IMG/VR virus record: IMGVR_UViG_3300009183_000002
Coordinates: 18,434 to 82,433 of that record
DNA from: a virus
DNA length: 64,000 bases
Reading direction: 5' to 3' (one strand)
The notes under the pieces are model-generated. The model did no database searches, was not told where the DNA came from, and worked only from the letters and a program-made list of their open reading frames with translations. Position 1 is the first letter of the stretch. Each line of letters begins with the position of its first letter. The position numbers and the translations under genes are program-made. Of this stretch, positions 16,750-26,596 are shown in pieces.

Positions 16750-17469
16750 TCAACCAAAGATTCCCTGAAAGTAATCTCCACTTGCGGCTGAACGACCGCT
16801 AAGAAAAGGATCGTTTGTTGCATAAGAAGACAAGAAACTAGACGGATTTAAAGCCTGGGAAATTAAACCGCCGACCACCTGCTCTTTTAACTGTTGCTCC
16901 AGGGTTTTCTCAGGCTTCTCTTGAGCTTGCCTGCCATATAAGAAAGCTTTTAGAAGGTCTTCGGTACGTGTGTCTTGACTACTGGAAGCCGTTTGTGCTG
17001 CAACCGGTGAATCTGTGGCACGTGTGGTTGCGGCATCTGGTACTTTGTCGAGATGAAATGTATCTAGCTGATAAGGACCAGTGCGTAATGAAGAAACGTT
17101 ACCGGCTGCTCCTGCATTCATGTTGGTTGCAACAGAGCCAGTGCCACGGTAACGTAACTGGGTACCAGGGGCAAAGGCAATATCCATCCCTTGGTGATCT
17201 GTAGATGCACCTGCTTTTGGTGCTTTGCGAGGACCCATCTCGCTTGTGACCGTACCAGCGGGATTCAATTTAAAACCTTGCTGCTCCGATCCATACAACG
17301 GAGACCAGTTTTTACTCCCAGGGGTTAATACTTCTAGATATTGTCCAACATCTTTGCGTGCAATATCTAAAGGAATCTGCTTTCCATCTTTTTTCAAACC
17401 AAAATGAAAGTGCGGACCGGTAGCTGTACCCGTTGCCCCCTGGGTTCCAAGATTTAAATAACTTGCCAT
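16750..17469 (-). CDS. Circularly permuted M23 peptidase
   Basis: TGTATGPHFHF (HxH) at N-terminus precedes DHQGMDIA (HxxxD) and TFHL. Confidence 0.75.
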   Translation of the reverse strand: MASYLNLGTQGATGTATGPHFHFGLKKDGKQIPLDIARKDVGQYLEVLTPGSKNWSPLYGSEQQGFKLNPAGTVTSEMGPRKAPKAGASTDHQGMDIAFAPGTQLRYRGTGSVATNMNAGAAGNVSSLRTGPYQLDTFHLDKVPDAATTRATDSPVAAQTASSSQDTRTEDLLKAFLYGRQAQEKPEKTLEQQLKEQVVGGLISQALNPSSFLSSYATNDPFLSGRSAASGDYFQGIFG

Positions 17470-17495
17470 TATCGTTTTATTTTCAATTCTAAAAT

Positions 17496-17520
17496 AAAAA
17501 ACCCCCGGTTTCCCAGGGGC
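17496..17520 (-). terminator. Rho-independent terminator after capsid operon
   Basis: Minus strand GCCCCTGG-GAAA-CCGGGGGT then TTTTT. Confidence 0.75.
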
Positions 17521-17538
17521 TGTTGAAGGAGATGAGTG

Positions 17539-17949
17539 TTACACCCGAATAAGGTCGGCGGCCAAGAGGGAGTCCCAATCAACACGCTTGATTTGCTTCA
17601 GCTGTTCGAGATTATTAAATCTTTCACCCGACAAGGACATCTGTAGATCTTTGATCTCACGGGCTGTCTTAAGGCCGATACCCTTGACATGATCTGCGAT
17701 CATCTGGGCAGTAGCTGAATTTACATTCAGCCTGTGATCAGGCGGGAAATTGCGAGGTTCCTCTTTGGCTGCCTTATCCTTTACTTGAAGAGTCTTCACC
17801 TTTTTGGTGGCCTCTTCATCGGGACTTAGTTCGGTCTTGTAAGCGGTAAAAAGGCGACCGTCTTGGTCTTCAACCATTGACCAATCGCCATTGTCAAACT
17901 CACTAATAACCTTGACGCGAGCACCCGTTTTCTTATGTTGATAAAGCAT
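17539..17949 (-). CDS. Helix-hairpin-helix (ComEA-like) DNA-binding protein
   Basis: LNVNSAT...VKGIGLKTAREI.......RFNNLEQL. Confidence 0.75.
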   Translation of the reverse strand: MLYQHKKTGARVKVISEFDNGDWSMVEDQDGRLFTAYKTELSPDEEATKKVKTLQVKDKAAKEEPRNFPPDHRLNVNSATAQMIADHVKGIGLKTAREIKDLQMSLSGERFNNLEQLKQIKRVDWDSLLAADLIRV

Positions 17950-17990
17950 TTGAGACCAGGAAGTAATTCACTGGTCTCAGTTTAGCTTAA

Positions 17991-18806
17991 TCAGCTGACG
18001 GTGCGGTTAGTCAGATAGGCTTCGATATCTTCGTAGCCAGGAGCAACGTCAGGTTGGACGTAGCACACTTCAACAACCAGGTAGCCAACACGGCCAGCGG
18101 CGGAGTCGCCACTAGAGATGTAGAAACCACCAGCGGTAGAACCTGAAGTGTTTGCGCTTGCCTTGGAGAACACCTGAACGGTAGTGGAAGCAGCAACGCC
18201 ATAGTAGGCGGTACCAGGACCAGGGACCGTACCAGCAGCACCAGTAGAGGTGATGAAAGGATCGGTGCTAAGGGCGGTTGAGCCAGCAGCAAAGAAGATT
18301 TCACCAGCTTGCGTACCAGAAGTAGTGGATACCAGGTTTGCCTGGAACACACCTTCGCCAACACCAGAGGCGGCGGTAGGGAGGCTGCTGACGGAGCGAC
18401 CCACGGAGATCACGTTACCCGTAGCGTTGTAGATACCAGAAGCAACACGACCATCACCCCAGCCAGAAGCCACGGAGATAGCGGTGCGGTACACATAACC
18501 AGTGCTTGTGGAACTACCTGAGATCACCATGCCGGTGATGTCGGTACGCGTATCGTCTTGACGATAAGGAGAAGGAACGATAATCGAAGCAACGGCAACG
18601 GGACCGCTACCAGAAGTTGCGGTAACGGGGACATAACCACGTTGTTGGAAATAACGATAGCCGGGGACGGCCAGCACAGAAGTGGGGCCGCCTATGGTGC
18701 TATCGGTGGTTCCGTCGACAGGGTTGGCGTCGGTATTTTTGTACCAACCGTTTAAAGCATTTACCCAGTTACCGGGATAAATCTTTTTAGCAGACAAGTA
18801 AGTCAT
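17991..18806 (-). CDS. Probable capsid decoration/minor structural protein
   Basis: Directly downstream of MCP, G/S/T/A-rich, highly-expressed-type codon usage. Confidence 0.6.
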   Translation of the reverse strand: MTYLSAKKIYPGNWVNALNGWYKNTDANPVDGTTDSTIGGPTSVLAVPGYRYFQQRGYVPVTATSGSGPVAVASIIVPSPYRQDDTRTDITGMVISGSSTSTGYVYRTAISVASGWGDGRVASGIYNATGNVISVGRSVSSLPTAASGVGEGVFQANLVSTTSGTQAGEIFFAAGSTALSTDPFITSTGAAGTVPGPGTAYYGVAASTTVQVFSKASANTSGSTAGGFYISSGDSAAGRVGYLVVEVCYVQPDVAPGYEDIEAYLTNRTVS

Positions 18807-18834
18807 TTATTTTTCCTAAAGTTATTGTTGATTA

Positions 18835-19995
18835 TCAAACGATGCCGTCGTCAGAAACGAAGCTGAATGCAGTGGTGACGAAATCTTTGTTCAGAATTTC
18901 AAAACCAGCATACAGTTGCCAAATCAAGATGATAAAGCGGCTGAAGTCATCGTTGTTGTTGATGAGCACCTGAGCATTAGGACCGCCAATGCCAACGCCA
19001 ATTGCCTGAGGACCAAAGAAGTAACCTTGGGCAATTTCTTGTTGGGCAAAGGTGCTGGCGTTAAAGCTAGCGTTAATGGTGCGGTTGGGGAAGTTAGTCG
19101 ATTCGAAGAACTTCACACCTTCAAACTGAACACCAGTAGGCATTACAGGTTCGCCAGCCAAGAAGTAGGCTTGACCAGCCTGAGGGCCTTGGTAGAAGCT
19201 AGCGTTGTTAGGCATCATGGGGTTACCCATGTACATGCCTTGGCCAGGGTTACCAGCGTAACGAGCAATCTCACGGAAGTCAGGATCACGACGCAGGTGC
19301 ATCATGAAGGTGGGATCGCAAATACAACGATACAGACCGTCTGCGTAGGTAGGAGTGTTGCGCTTGCGCAGGTCCTTAACAACAGTCAGAAGGTCGGTAC
19401 GCACAGAGAACTGCTGAAGATCAGCGGTGTACTCAGTGCTGGTATAAGAAATAGAACCGTTGGCAGCCTTGGTCTTGCCACCAGGGAAGTAGTAACCACC
19501 TTGAGTTGTAGAAGCTTGACCGTTGGCTTCTGCTTTTGACAGTTCGTCAATAAAGACGCGGTCACGCCACCGACGATAGTCATCAAGCAGCGTGAGGCTA
19601 CCGATGGACTGGTGGAACATATTCAGGTTGCCGGTGTCGAGCAGCAGACGCTGAGCGGTCACCAGGGTTTCCCGAGCAATCTTGAAGGTGCTGGGCTGGG
19701 TAGGATCACCGGGGTCCGCAGGGCCAGTGTATTCCTTAAGCACCACCAGGACTTTCTCCTTGGTGATGTTACGGCTGTTGGCGCTACCAATGGTTTGGTC
19801 GGCAATACGCTCGCGGCTGTCCTTAGTACCAGGGGTGCCCCAGAACTTGTAGCGATCCAGCTGAACGGTTTGACCAGGCTGACGAGTGAAGTCGTGAACG
19901 ACTACGGGCTCAACAGCCATCTCAGCAATGTAAGCGGGGTGGGGACGATAAAGTTCCGCACCCAGGATTTTTGGAAAATCGTTATCAATAAACAC
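18835..19995 (-). CDS. Major capsid protein (N4-gp56-like)
   Basis: 386 aa; DFTRQPGQTVQL and DDFSRFI..IW..YAGF..L motifs; downstream of portal and scaffold. Confidence 0.85.
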   Translation of the reverse strand: MFIDNDFPKILGAELYRPHPAYIAEMAVEPVVVHDFTRQPGQTVQLDRYKFWGTPGTKDSRERIADQTIGSANSRNITKEKVLVVLKEYTGPADPGDPTQPSTFKIARETLVTAQRLLLDTGNLNMFHQSIGSLTLLDDYRRWRDRVFIDELSKAEANGQASTTQGGYYFPGGKTKAANGSISYTSTEYTADLQQFSVRTDLLTVVKDLRKRNTPTYADGLYRCICDPTFMMHLRRDPDFREIARYAGNPGQGMYMGNPMMPNNASFYQGPQAGQAYFLAGEPVMPTGVQFEGVKFFESTNFPNRTINASFNASTFAQQEIAQGYFFGPQAIGVGIGGPNAQVLINNNDDFSRFIILIWQLYAGFEILNKDFVTTAFSFVSDDGIV

Positions 19996-20116
19996 TTTGT
20001 TCTATCCTCCAGTGTCGCAGGAAATGTTTTTAACGGGTGAAAGATTCAGACATTATCATGTCTTATCTAACATAAATTTTAGCAGTCGGTAATTTACTAG
20101 AACTACCGACTAACTA

Positions 20117-21088
20117 TCACTCCATTACAAACAGTTTGTTTGCAACGGTTTGAGGTTGTGCTTGATTCAGAAGACGCCATGCGTTCTGAGGATCGCGGTT
20201 CATTTGCTCATTGAAACCACCCCAGAAATTCTCGGGTGCTTGGGGAGCAGCAGCGGTGGGAGGGGCAGGGAACTGGCCCATCTGAGGTTGTCCCACAGCC
20301 TGAGTCGGATACCCACGAGTCTCCAGTTGAGCTTCGTTTTCGTACACGGGATAAGGACCTTCAGGTCCAAAGAACTTCAGCGTGTAGTCGCTAAGTACGT
20401 CGGGATTGGTCAGAATCTCGTTATAGGCCAGGTTCTCCTGGTGCTCGTTGACCGCAAAATTAGCGTAACCAACGATTGTGTCAGTTGCGCGGTTTCCCCA
20501 CGCGACCGCGCTGTCCAGCATCCCTTCCAGATTTAGGGCGTAGTTGTTCAGAACTGCCGGAGCTTCGATCCCGAACGCGTCCATTACTTGGCGGCTTTCC
20601 TGGCTCATTCCCACCAGGTCCGCGACGTCCGCTAAGGACGGAGTCGAGGAGGTTTGGGAATAGTTGGGCGAGGATACCTGGTTGGGAGACCAAGTCAGCG
20701 GAGCCGATTGTGGCGTAAACTGGCTGCTGGGTTGTCCGTAATTGGCCGGGGTATACGCTGTCGTCGGCTGCGACTGTTGACCCTGGAATGGGGATTGGAC
20801 TGGAGCGCTCAGCAGATTCACCACCTTGTTGAACGCCGACTCCCAAGGATTCCCCGCCGAGTCCGCCACCGGTTGGGATTGGGGGGCGTACTGAGTAGGG
20901 GCTGATTGGTAGCTGGGGGCTGCCTGAGGTACCGCCTGGGGGTAACTCATACCCACTTGATAAGCCTGCGGAGCTGCCTGGTAGCTTGCCGGTGCTGCTT
21001 GTGGTGCTGCCACCACGTAGCTGCTCGGAGCGACGGCTGCTGGTGCTTGGCTCGTCTGTGGGATCGATTGGACGATAGCGTCCTGCAT
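20117..21088 (-). CDS. Probable scaffolding protein
   Basis: Q/P/A-rich, AAGGAG SD before ATG, upstream of MCP. Confidence 0.65.
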   Translation of the reverse strand: MQDAIVQSIPQTSQAPAAVAPSSYVVAAPQAAPASYQAAPQAYQVGMSYPQAVPQAAPSYQSAPTQYAPQSQPVADSAGNPWESAFNKVVNLLSAPVQSPFQGQQSQPTTAYTPANYGQPSSQFTPQSAPLTWSPNQVSSPNYSQTSSTPSLADVADLVGMSQESRQVMDAFGIEAPAVLNNYALNLEGMLDSAVAWGNRATDTIVGYANFAVNEHQENLAYNEILTNPDVLSDYTLKFFGPEGPYPVYENEAQLETRGYPTQAVGQPQMGQFPAPPTAAAPQAPENFWGGFNEQMNRDPQNAWRLLNQAQPQTVANKLFVME

Positions 21089-22838
21089 AACTCATCTCCT
21101 TTTGTAGAGCTTCTAAAGTGCGATACAGATATGGAGTTAAATCCAATCTCGGATCCGCAGCCATCGGTAAATCCGGTGATTGCGGGTGAGGGGTCTGCAT
21201 CATGCCCCCCACAAGGCGAGCAAACTGAGAATAAGCACTCTGCAGTTCGCCTACCATCCTGAATGGGAAGCCTGATAGCATCCCGGCCCTTTCTTCATCC
21301 GTCTTAGACGGGAAGAGGTATTTCAGTGCTTCAATGCTATCAACACCTAATTCTTGCAGATTTCGCACAACAATGGAGTTGTTTAGCGTATCTTGCGTGG
21401 AATCTTCGTAGACAGGACCCAACCAACGCCATTGCATTGTCACGTCACCATCTGGAATTAAACCAAGAACACCTGGCGGAATCTGTTGAGTTTTAAGACA
21501 AGCCATCATTAACTGCTTGACTTGGCCCTCAAACATACTCATTGCATCGTCGTAGGCCATGATGTCCTCCTGTGACGCATTCTCTGGTAGCTCCAGGGGG
21601 CGCTCAAGTCCTGCAGCTGCCGCAAGCGTCTCACGGAACATGCGTTCTTCTTGGAAAATAATCAGCTCCAAACAACGGCAAACACCATAGCTATAAATAG
21701 CAGTTGCTTTTTTCTTTGACGTAGCTGAAACGCGACCAAACAACGATTTGTATTCAGTTGCGGTTACGCCTGCAGAAATTGATAGCTCGTCTACGCCACC
21801 AAGTGCTGTACGAATTTCTTCCCTGTACTGACGTGCAAAAGAATTTTGATCACCTGAAATTGCATCTGGAACAATGTAACCAACTCGGTCGTTTGGTTCC
21901 AGGTTGGCAATCACCCTAGGTACTCGGATCTGACCATCAACACCACGGGAGATTGGATCAGCTTTAAACCTTGACTGGCTTAATGCACCGCTACCAGTAA
22001 AACCTGAGTTAGCCGCAATAGACGGACGCTGTACCACGGAGTCACCACCAGACTCCATCAGGTCTGTCTTGGGACGAGAAGACAAGAGTGTCGGGTTACC
22101 AAAGAACTGTACGTTCTTCCGCATGTTGCGAACCATGTCGTCATGCGTACAGATGTGATTGGCTAGTGCGTCAAATTCACCAACGCCTTCTGTAGAGAAA
22201 CCCTTGGGGTTGTTAAAGATCTCAACGCAAGGAATAAAACCAAGCGTATTTTTAAACGTTTTAGTTTTTCCGGTCAGTACTTGGTAATTAGTATCAAATG
22301 AAAGCTCAGCTTCTGAGTGAGTTTCTTCAATTGTTTTACGTTTAATTGAAAGACGAATATAACGCTTAGCCCCTCCGCGTCCCATGGATGCTTGACCACC
22401 TAAGTTGGTGGTCTCAATATCTTGCTGATAGCCAAAGCCCTGGCGGACTTTGTAGCTATAGATAATTACAACTTCGTCCAGTTCACCGTCAACGTTATAG
22501 AAGCTGCGATACTCGTGCTTACGGAAATAATAAAGACGATAATTGTTTTCAGTAGGACGGATATAAAAAAGACCCTGGCCATCACAAAGAAAATAATCCC
22601 AGAGCGAATCCAAGCGTGTATCAATTTGATTGTATTTGATTACGCGTTCAATAAAATCTTTGCGTTGATTACCAAAATTATCTTGCGCAGGAAAAAATTC
22701 AACACCCTGACGGATGCCAAACAATTTCATCTGTGCCAGGTGTGACGCAACAATGCCTGTATCAATTGCTGCCCCACCATCCTTTTCCAGGTAAGAGTCA
22801 ACAATTTCTTTAAGTCTGGCTTTCGCGTCTACAGCCAT
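20481..22838 (-). CDS. Probable portal protein with C-terminal extension overlapping the scaffold gene
   Basis: Between TerL and scaffold/MCP; KNTLGFIPCVEIFN portal-type motif. Confidence 0.7.
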   Translation of the reverse strand: MAVDAKARLKEIVDSYLEKDGGAAIDTGIVASHLAQMKLFGIRQGVEFFPAQDNFGNQRKDFIERVIKYNQIDTRLDSLWDYFLCDGQGLFYIRPTENNYRLYYFRKHEYRSFYNVDGELDEVVIIYSYKVRQGFGYQQDIETTNLGGQASMGRGGAKRYIRLSIKRKTIEETHSEAELSFDTNYQVLTGKTKTFKNTLGFIPCVEIFNNPKGFSTEGVGEFDALANHICTHDDMVRNMRKNVQFFGNPTLLSSRPKTDLMESGGDSVVQRPSIAANSGFTGSGALSQSRFKADPISRGVDGQIRVPRVIANLEPNDRVGYIVPDAISGDQNSFARQYREEIRTALGGVDELSISAGVTATEYKSLFGRVSATSKKKATAIYSYGVCRCLELIIFQEERMFRETLAAAAGLERPLELPENASQEDIMAYDDAMSMFEGQVKQLMMACLKTQQIPPGVLGLIPDGDVTMQWRWLGPVYEDSTQDTLNNSIVVRNLQELGVDSIEALKYLFPSKTDEERAGMLSGFPFRMVGELQSAYSQFARLVGGMMQTPHPQSPDLPMAADPRLDLTPYLYRTLEALQKEMSYAGRYRPIDPTDEPSTSSRRSEQLRGGSTTSSTGKLPGSSAGLSSGYELPPGGTSGSPQLPISPYSVRPPIPTGGGLGGESLGVGVQQGGESAERSSPIPIPGSTVAADDSVYPGQLRTTQQPVYATIGSADLVSQPGILAQLFPNLLDSVLSGRRGPGGNEPGKPPSNGRVRDRSSGSSEQLRPKSGRDAGQRGRVGKPRN

Positions 22839-22849
22839 TAACTATTTGC

Positions 22850-22984
22850 CTATTTAGCTTTCTTGATCTTAGCAGTCTTGGACTTTTTATGGAGGCAAAG
22901 CCAAGTTTTAAAATATGCAAGTTCAGCTGGGCTGTAAAGCTCAGGACTTTTCAATGCTTTTTTAACTAACTTCTTTGTCTTCAT
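22850..22984 (-). CDS. Small basic protein, 44 aa (MKTKKLVKKALKSPELYSPAELAYF...)
   Basis: Hand-translated; ATGA overlap with upstream gene. Confidence 0.6.
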   Translation of the reverse strand: MKTKKLVKKALKSPELYSPAELAYFKTWLCLHKKSKTAKIKKAK

Positions 22985-23331
22985 GAGTAAACAGTTGATC
23001 TGGCAAAGCCTGCGGGAGCCTGACCAATTTGTGGTCCGCCATAAAAACCTGCAAAATTACCAGGGGCTCCTGGAGTCATGTTTGCAACGGCACTGTTTAA
23101 ATTACTGGTACCAGCTAAAGGTAACTTGGGGCCACCACCAGGAGTAATACCTCTGCGTTCAAACTCTTCAAGGAGTTGTTGGTTCTCTGGCAGGTTCTGT
23201 TGCAAGCGGCGGATCTGTTCTTCAGAACGACCGCCTAACGCTCCCGGTCCTTGTTGAATTACGTGATTAAAACCACCAGCTAAAAGATTGCCGGGTGCCC
23301 CTGGAACATTGGTAGTACCTGAGTAATACAT
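22981..23331 (-). CDS. Hypothetical G/P-rich protein
   Basis: ORF; repeated PGAPGN. Confidence 0.6.
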   Translation of the reverse strand: MYYSGTTNVPGAPGNLLAGGFNHVIQQGPGALGGRSEEQIRRLQQNLPENQQLLEEFERRGITPGGGPKLPLAGTSNLNSAVANMTPGAPGNFAGFYGGPQIGQAPAGFARSTVYS

Positions 23332-23357
23332 TTCTACGCTTCCTGTATTGATGTATT

Positions 23358-23540
23358 CTACTCTTCTATAATTTCAAACCCAGCAGGATCGTTTACTTTG
23401 GTAAGGATAATTCCATTGCCCTTAACATCCCAGTTAAGAACGTCCCCTTCTTCCCACCCAAGATCTTCAAGCACTTCTTCCGGGAGCGTAATAAACGGCT
23501 CACCGTTTTCGTCTTCTTCAACCTCAAGAATGTAACTCAT
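23358..23540 (-). CDS. AbrB/MazE-like DNA-binding protein
   Basis: FITLPEEVLEDLGWEEGDVL.W. Confidence 0.75.
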   Translation of the reverse strand: MSYILEVEEDENGEPFITLPEEVLEDLGWEEGDVLNWDVKGNGIILTKVNDPAGFEIIEE

Positions 23541-23830
23541 TTGGCCAAAAGCTTTTCCATAAGCTTATCAAGCTTATTGTTGATTTGCTGAAAATTATCG
23601 TGCATGTTTTGAATTTCTCTTAGAAAGTCAACTTTCAAAACATATTCAAGAGGCATCCGATTTATCTGTTGTTCCAAGGAGTCCACGCGGTTTTCTTGCG
23701 AACGTAACGATGCGTTAAGAGTTTGCAGCCGCTCATGCGTTCGGCTTAGGATCTTGTTTGCCACCCAGGATCCCCCTGTGACAGCTGATACAACTGCTGT
23801 AATTGCAATTGTTAAATACTCTGGGCCCAC
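23537..23830 (-). CDS. N-terminal TM plus coiled-coil protein
   Basis: Hydrophobic N-terminus then heptad pattern. Confidence 0.6.
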   Translation of the reverse strand: MGPEYLTIAITAVVSAVTGGSWVANKILSRTHERLQTLNASLRSQENRVDSLEQQINRMPLEYVLKVDFLREIQNMHDNFQQINNKLDKLMEKLLAK

Positions 23831-23860
23831 AGGTATGAAAGCTTTCTTCTTATTTTAAGC

Positions 23861-25387
23861 TTAGTAATCAAGATGAAGCTGACCCTTTCGTGCTAAACCT
23901 GTGACTAACCACACTAACGCGTCGACGCAGTCATCATGACCACTTACGCCGAAATTTGTGAGTTCCTCGAAGAGATTTGTGAAGTTTCGGAAACGATTAA
24001 AAATAATCTTTCTATCTTCAAACATTCCCATGATGCCCCGGAACCGTGCCAGCTTGTCTGCTCGGAACCCTTTAACGGGATGCCAAATCAAGTTATAGAG
24101 ACCTTCGTTATTGAGGCACACCCTCTTGAAGTCAGCCTCCAGTGAAGCTTGGTACTGGACAGCTTCTGACCAAATGTCACAAGTCGAGTAAGTAGGGAAA
24201 TAATTATCGTTCTGGTCTTTTGAAATAACCGACCAATCGTTCAGCAATTCTTTTAACGCGTCAAGTTTTTCAAGGTTTCCCATCACTCGAATTCGGCGGT
24301 AATCAATAATATGAATACGATCTCCAATACGGCCTCCAAGGATCATGACGGTGTAGTCATTTTTTTCTTTGATGCCAGCAGATAGGTCAACACCGATGCC
24401 TAACGTGTCAAACTCCGTGGCAATCTCAGCTTTAACAATAAGTTCTGGCGCCAGGGAAAGCTCGTTTTGTCGTACAATTTGATTCATGTACTGGAACGAA
24501 AAAGCAATAGGAGCCTGGCGTTTCTTTTCTTTTAGGTAATCCAGTGACCACATCTCAGGCCAATACGATTCCTCTTCACCTGTTTTGGGATCATTGATAA
24601 TTGCAGAAAGAACAATCTGCATCCAGTTGTTTTGCTCGTTAAATGTGGTGGCATGAATGTCGTCATGTCTAAACCTTGTTCCAAGGCAGATTGCTCGTGC
24701 ACCTTCAAACATCGTTGGTGAAATCACAGCATTCCAATTTTCCTGCATTGTTTTACGAATGTCAGGATTGGAAATGTCTGCCGCAGATTTAATAGCGTCA
24801 TCGATCATTACCAGGTGTGAACGCTTGGAGGTTACAGAACCTTTGAGGCCAGCAGCGGAAAGCGTAAACTGTTCGTCACCCGTTACCTCAATGCCAGCAA
24901 ATTTATGATCAATAGACCAGTACTCATTACTGGTCACATTCTTCAAAAGGCGTACCTTGGGAAATACTTCTTGATACCGCTTGCTTTCAATGATGCGTTT
25001 GATGGTTGCTGACTTGGAACGAGCAATATCAACCGTATATGACAAGTAAAGAATTTGTAGTGGCAGCTTGGCTTGTGTATGGATGCCAATAGCCCAAGCC
25101 GTAAACAAACCTAAGACTGTTGACTTTGCAGAACCACGGGGAGCAAGTAGGTCAATATTGGGGCCAGCAATTCGCAACAAGCAACTACTATTTTCATTTG
25201 TGACAAAATGACGATTCCAGTCTTGGTGATGTTGAGCAGGAGGTTTGTCCGCTACATAATCACAAAAGAAACCAAAGTCCTCCCGTGCTCTCTCAAGAAG
25301 GTCTAAGTTTTTAGGTGCTCTGATTTGTTGATTGCGTGCAGCAGCCTTTGCGTTACGACGGTATGCAAGGTGCTGGTAAGAAGGCAC
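23861..25387 (-). CDS. terL: Terminase large subunit
   Basis: Walker A APRGSAKST, Walker B VMIDD, GTRF..DD, RNase H-fold GVDLS and HDDCVDA. Confidence 0.92.
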   Translation of the reverse strand: MPSYQHLAYRRNAKAAARNQQIRAPKNLDLLERAREDFGFFCDYVADKPPAQHHQDWNRHFVTNENSSCLLRIAGPNIDLLAPRGSAKSTVLGLFTAWAIGIHTQAKLPLQILYLSYTVDIARSKSATIKRIIESKRYQEVFPKVRLLKNVTSNEYWSIDHKFAGIEVTGDEQFTLSAAGLKGSVTSKRSHLVMIDDAIKSAADISNPDIRKTMQENWNAVISPTMFEGARAICLGTRFRHDDIHATTFNEQNNWMQIVLSAIINDPKTGEEESYWPEMWSLDYLKEKKRQAPIAFSFQYMNQIVRQNELSLAPELIVKAEIATEFDTLGIGVDLSAGIKEKNDYTVMILGGRIGDRIHIIDYRRIRVMGNLEKLDALKELLNDWSVISKDQNDNYFPTYSTCDIWSEAVQYQASLEADFKRVCLNNEGLYNLIWHPVKGFRADKLARFRGIMGMFEDRKIIFNRFRNFTNLFEELTNFGVSGHDDCVDALVWLVTGLARKGQLHLDY

Positions 25388-25418
25388 AAGAATTATTCAG
25401 ATACTACTGAATACTATC

Positions 25419-25580
25419 CTATTTACTTTCCTTTTGTTTTTTCTGTTTTTTGTACTTGGTAGCTTTGTCAAGAGCTGCTTTACGTTTTTCTTTATCCGAC
25501 ATCTCAGTGCCGTCTTCTTTCTTAGCTTCTTTCTTCTTTAGATACTCAAGAAGCTGAGGGGGCATTTTACCTTTAGCCAT
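25419..25580 (-). CDS. Small basic protein, 53 aa (MAKGKMPPQLLEYLKKK...)
   Basis: Hand-translated; TAATG coupling. Confidence 0.65.
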   Translation of the reverse strand: MAKGKMPPQLLEYLKKKEAKKEDGTEMSDKEKRKAALDKATKYKKQKKQKESK

Positions 25581-25777
25581 TAGAAATTATCCTGTTCGCG
25601 AGAGTTACGCATGCGGTTAAGAAGTTGCTGGTACTCTGGGCTGCCTTGATCAGGCATACGCGCTGCACGACCAGTGCCAAAGTCAACGCCTGAAGTTGGC
25701 TGTCGGTCCATCCCCCTGCGCTCACCTTCTTCTTGACGTTGGCGGGGGTATGACATGCCGCCCTGTTGAGCACCCAT
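25580..25777 (-). CDS. Hypothetical protein
   Basis: ORF with upstream TAGAAT. Confidence 0.55.
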   Translation of the reverse strand: MGAQQGGMSYPRQRQEEGERRGMDRQPTSGVDFGTGRAARMPDQGSPEYQQLLNRMRNSREQDNF

Positions 25778-25815
25778 TTAAATAGATATTTGGCTTGAAA
25801 CTATTCTAGTAGTAT

Positions 25816-26421
25816 TTATTCCTCAAGCTGCATGCGAGCCCACACGCTCATGGACGCTTCTTCCAGAGGGCTTTCAATAGGATCATCTTTAAAAATAAAC
25901 AGGAGTTCACGTATGGCACGGTCAGCCCCAGCCATTAACAAACCCTTGCGATCTTTTGTACCTGTAAATTGTTCTACCTGCGCAATAGTTCCACGTAATT
26001 CTTTTTGCATAGAAGCAATACGTGCAACACCTGCGTCACGCTTGACGGACATGTTTTCAATATCTTCACGCAACTTGCGGATGTCCTCCTGCATCTCATC
26101 AATTTCGTACAGGAGTTTTTTTCGGTGATCCGGTTTTTTATAGTTGTCTTTTACCCAGAGATCACACGCAGTAATGCTTCCCCTGTATCCAAGGAATCTG
26201 GAATATAGGTAAATTTCAACTACTGAGTAATTATCTGCGCAAAAAGCGCAGAATGATTCCTGGGTAGACGCATCAAGATTGTCTACCCACCCATCAAATA
26301 ACTCAATATCGATAAGCTCGTTGGGCCTGACCGTAGTCTCGTTCTTCGTCTTTCCGTTTAAAGAGGTCTTGCTGTTCAGCGGAAGTGCGGGATTCCGCTG
26401 CGCCTTTACCGATTGTTTCAC
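25816..26421 (-). CDS. Hypothetical coiled-coil protein (possible small terminase by position)
   Basis: ORF near terL; start uncertain, overlaps upstream gene by 119 nt. Confidence 0.55.
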   Translation of the reverse strand: MKQSVKAQRNPALPLNSKTSLNGKTKNETTVRPNELIDIELFDGWVDNLDASTQESFCAFCADNYSVVEIYLYSRFLGYRGSITACDLWVKDNYKKPDHRKKLLYEIDEMQEDIRKLREDIENMSVKRDAGVARIASMQKELRGTIAQVEQFTGTKDRKGLLMAGADRAIRELLFIFKDDPIESPLEEASMSVWARMQLEE

Positions 26422-26584
26422 GTTCTTGTTCAGCAGCAGCTTTTCCTTTTGCTATGGACGAACCTACAGACACGTCCTGAAATATCTTAGTAGCAGCAGC
26501 AGCTTTCCTGGCTTTGTCTTCATCAAACAAAAAATCATACGGATCGCTTTGATCGAACGAGTTAGTTGAAGAAGAATCGGCCAT
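26303..26584 (-). CDS. Hypothetical protein
   Basis: ORF. Confidence 0.6.
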   Translation of the reverse strand: MADSSSTNSFDQSDPYDFLFDEDKARKAAAATKIFQDVSVGSSIAKGKAAAEQERETIGKGAAESRTSAEQQDLFKRKDEERDYGQAQRAYRY

Positions 26585-26596
26585 GACAATAACTAA

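Noticed and set aside
18916-20040. Long plus-strand ORFs opposite the capsid gene
   Set aside because: Antisense shadows caused by biased codon usage
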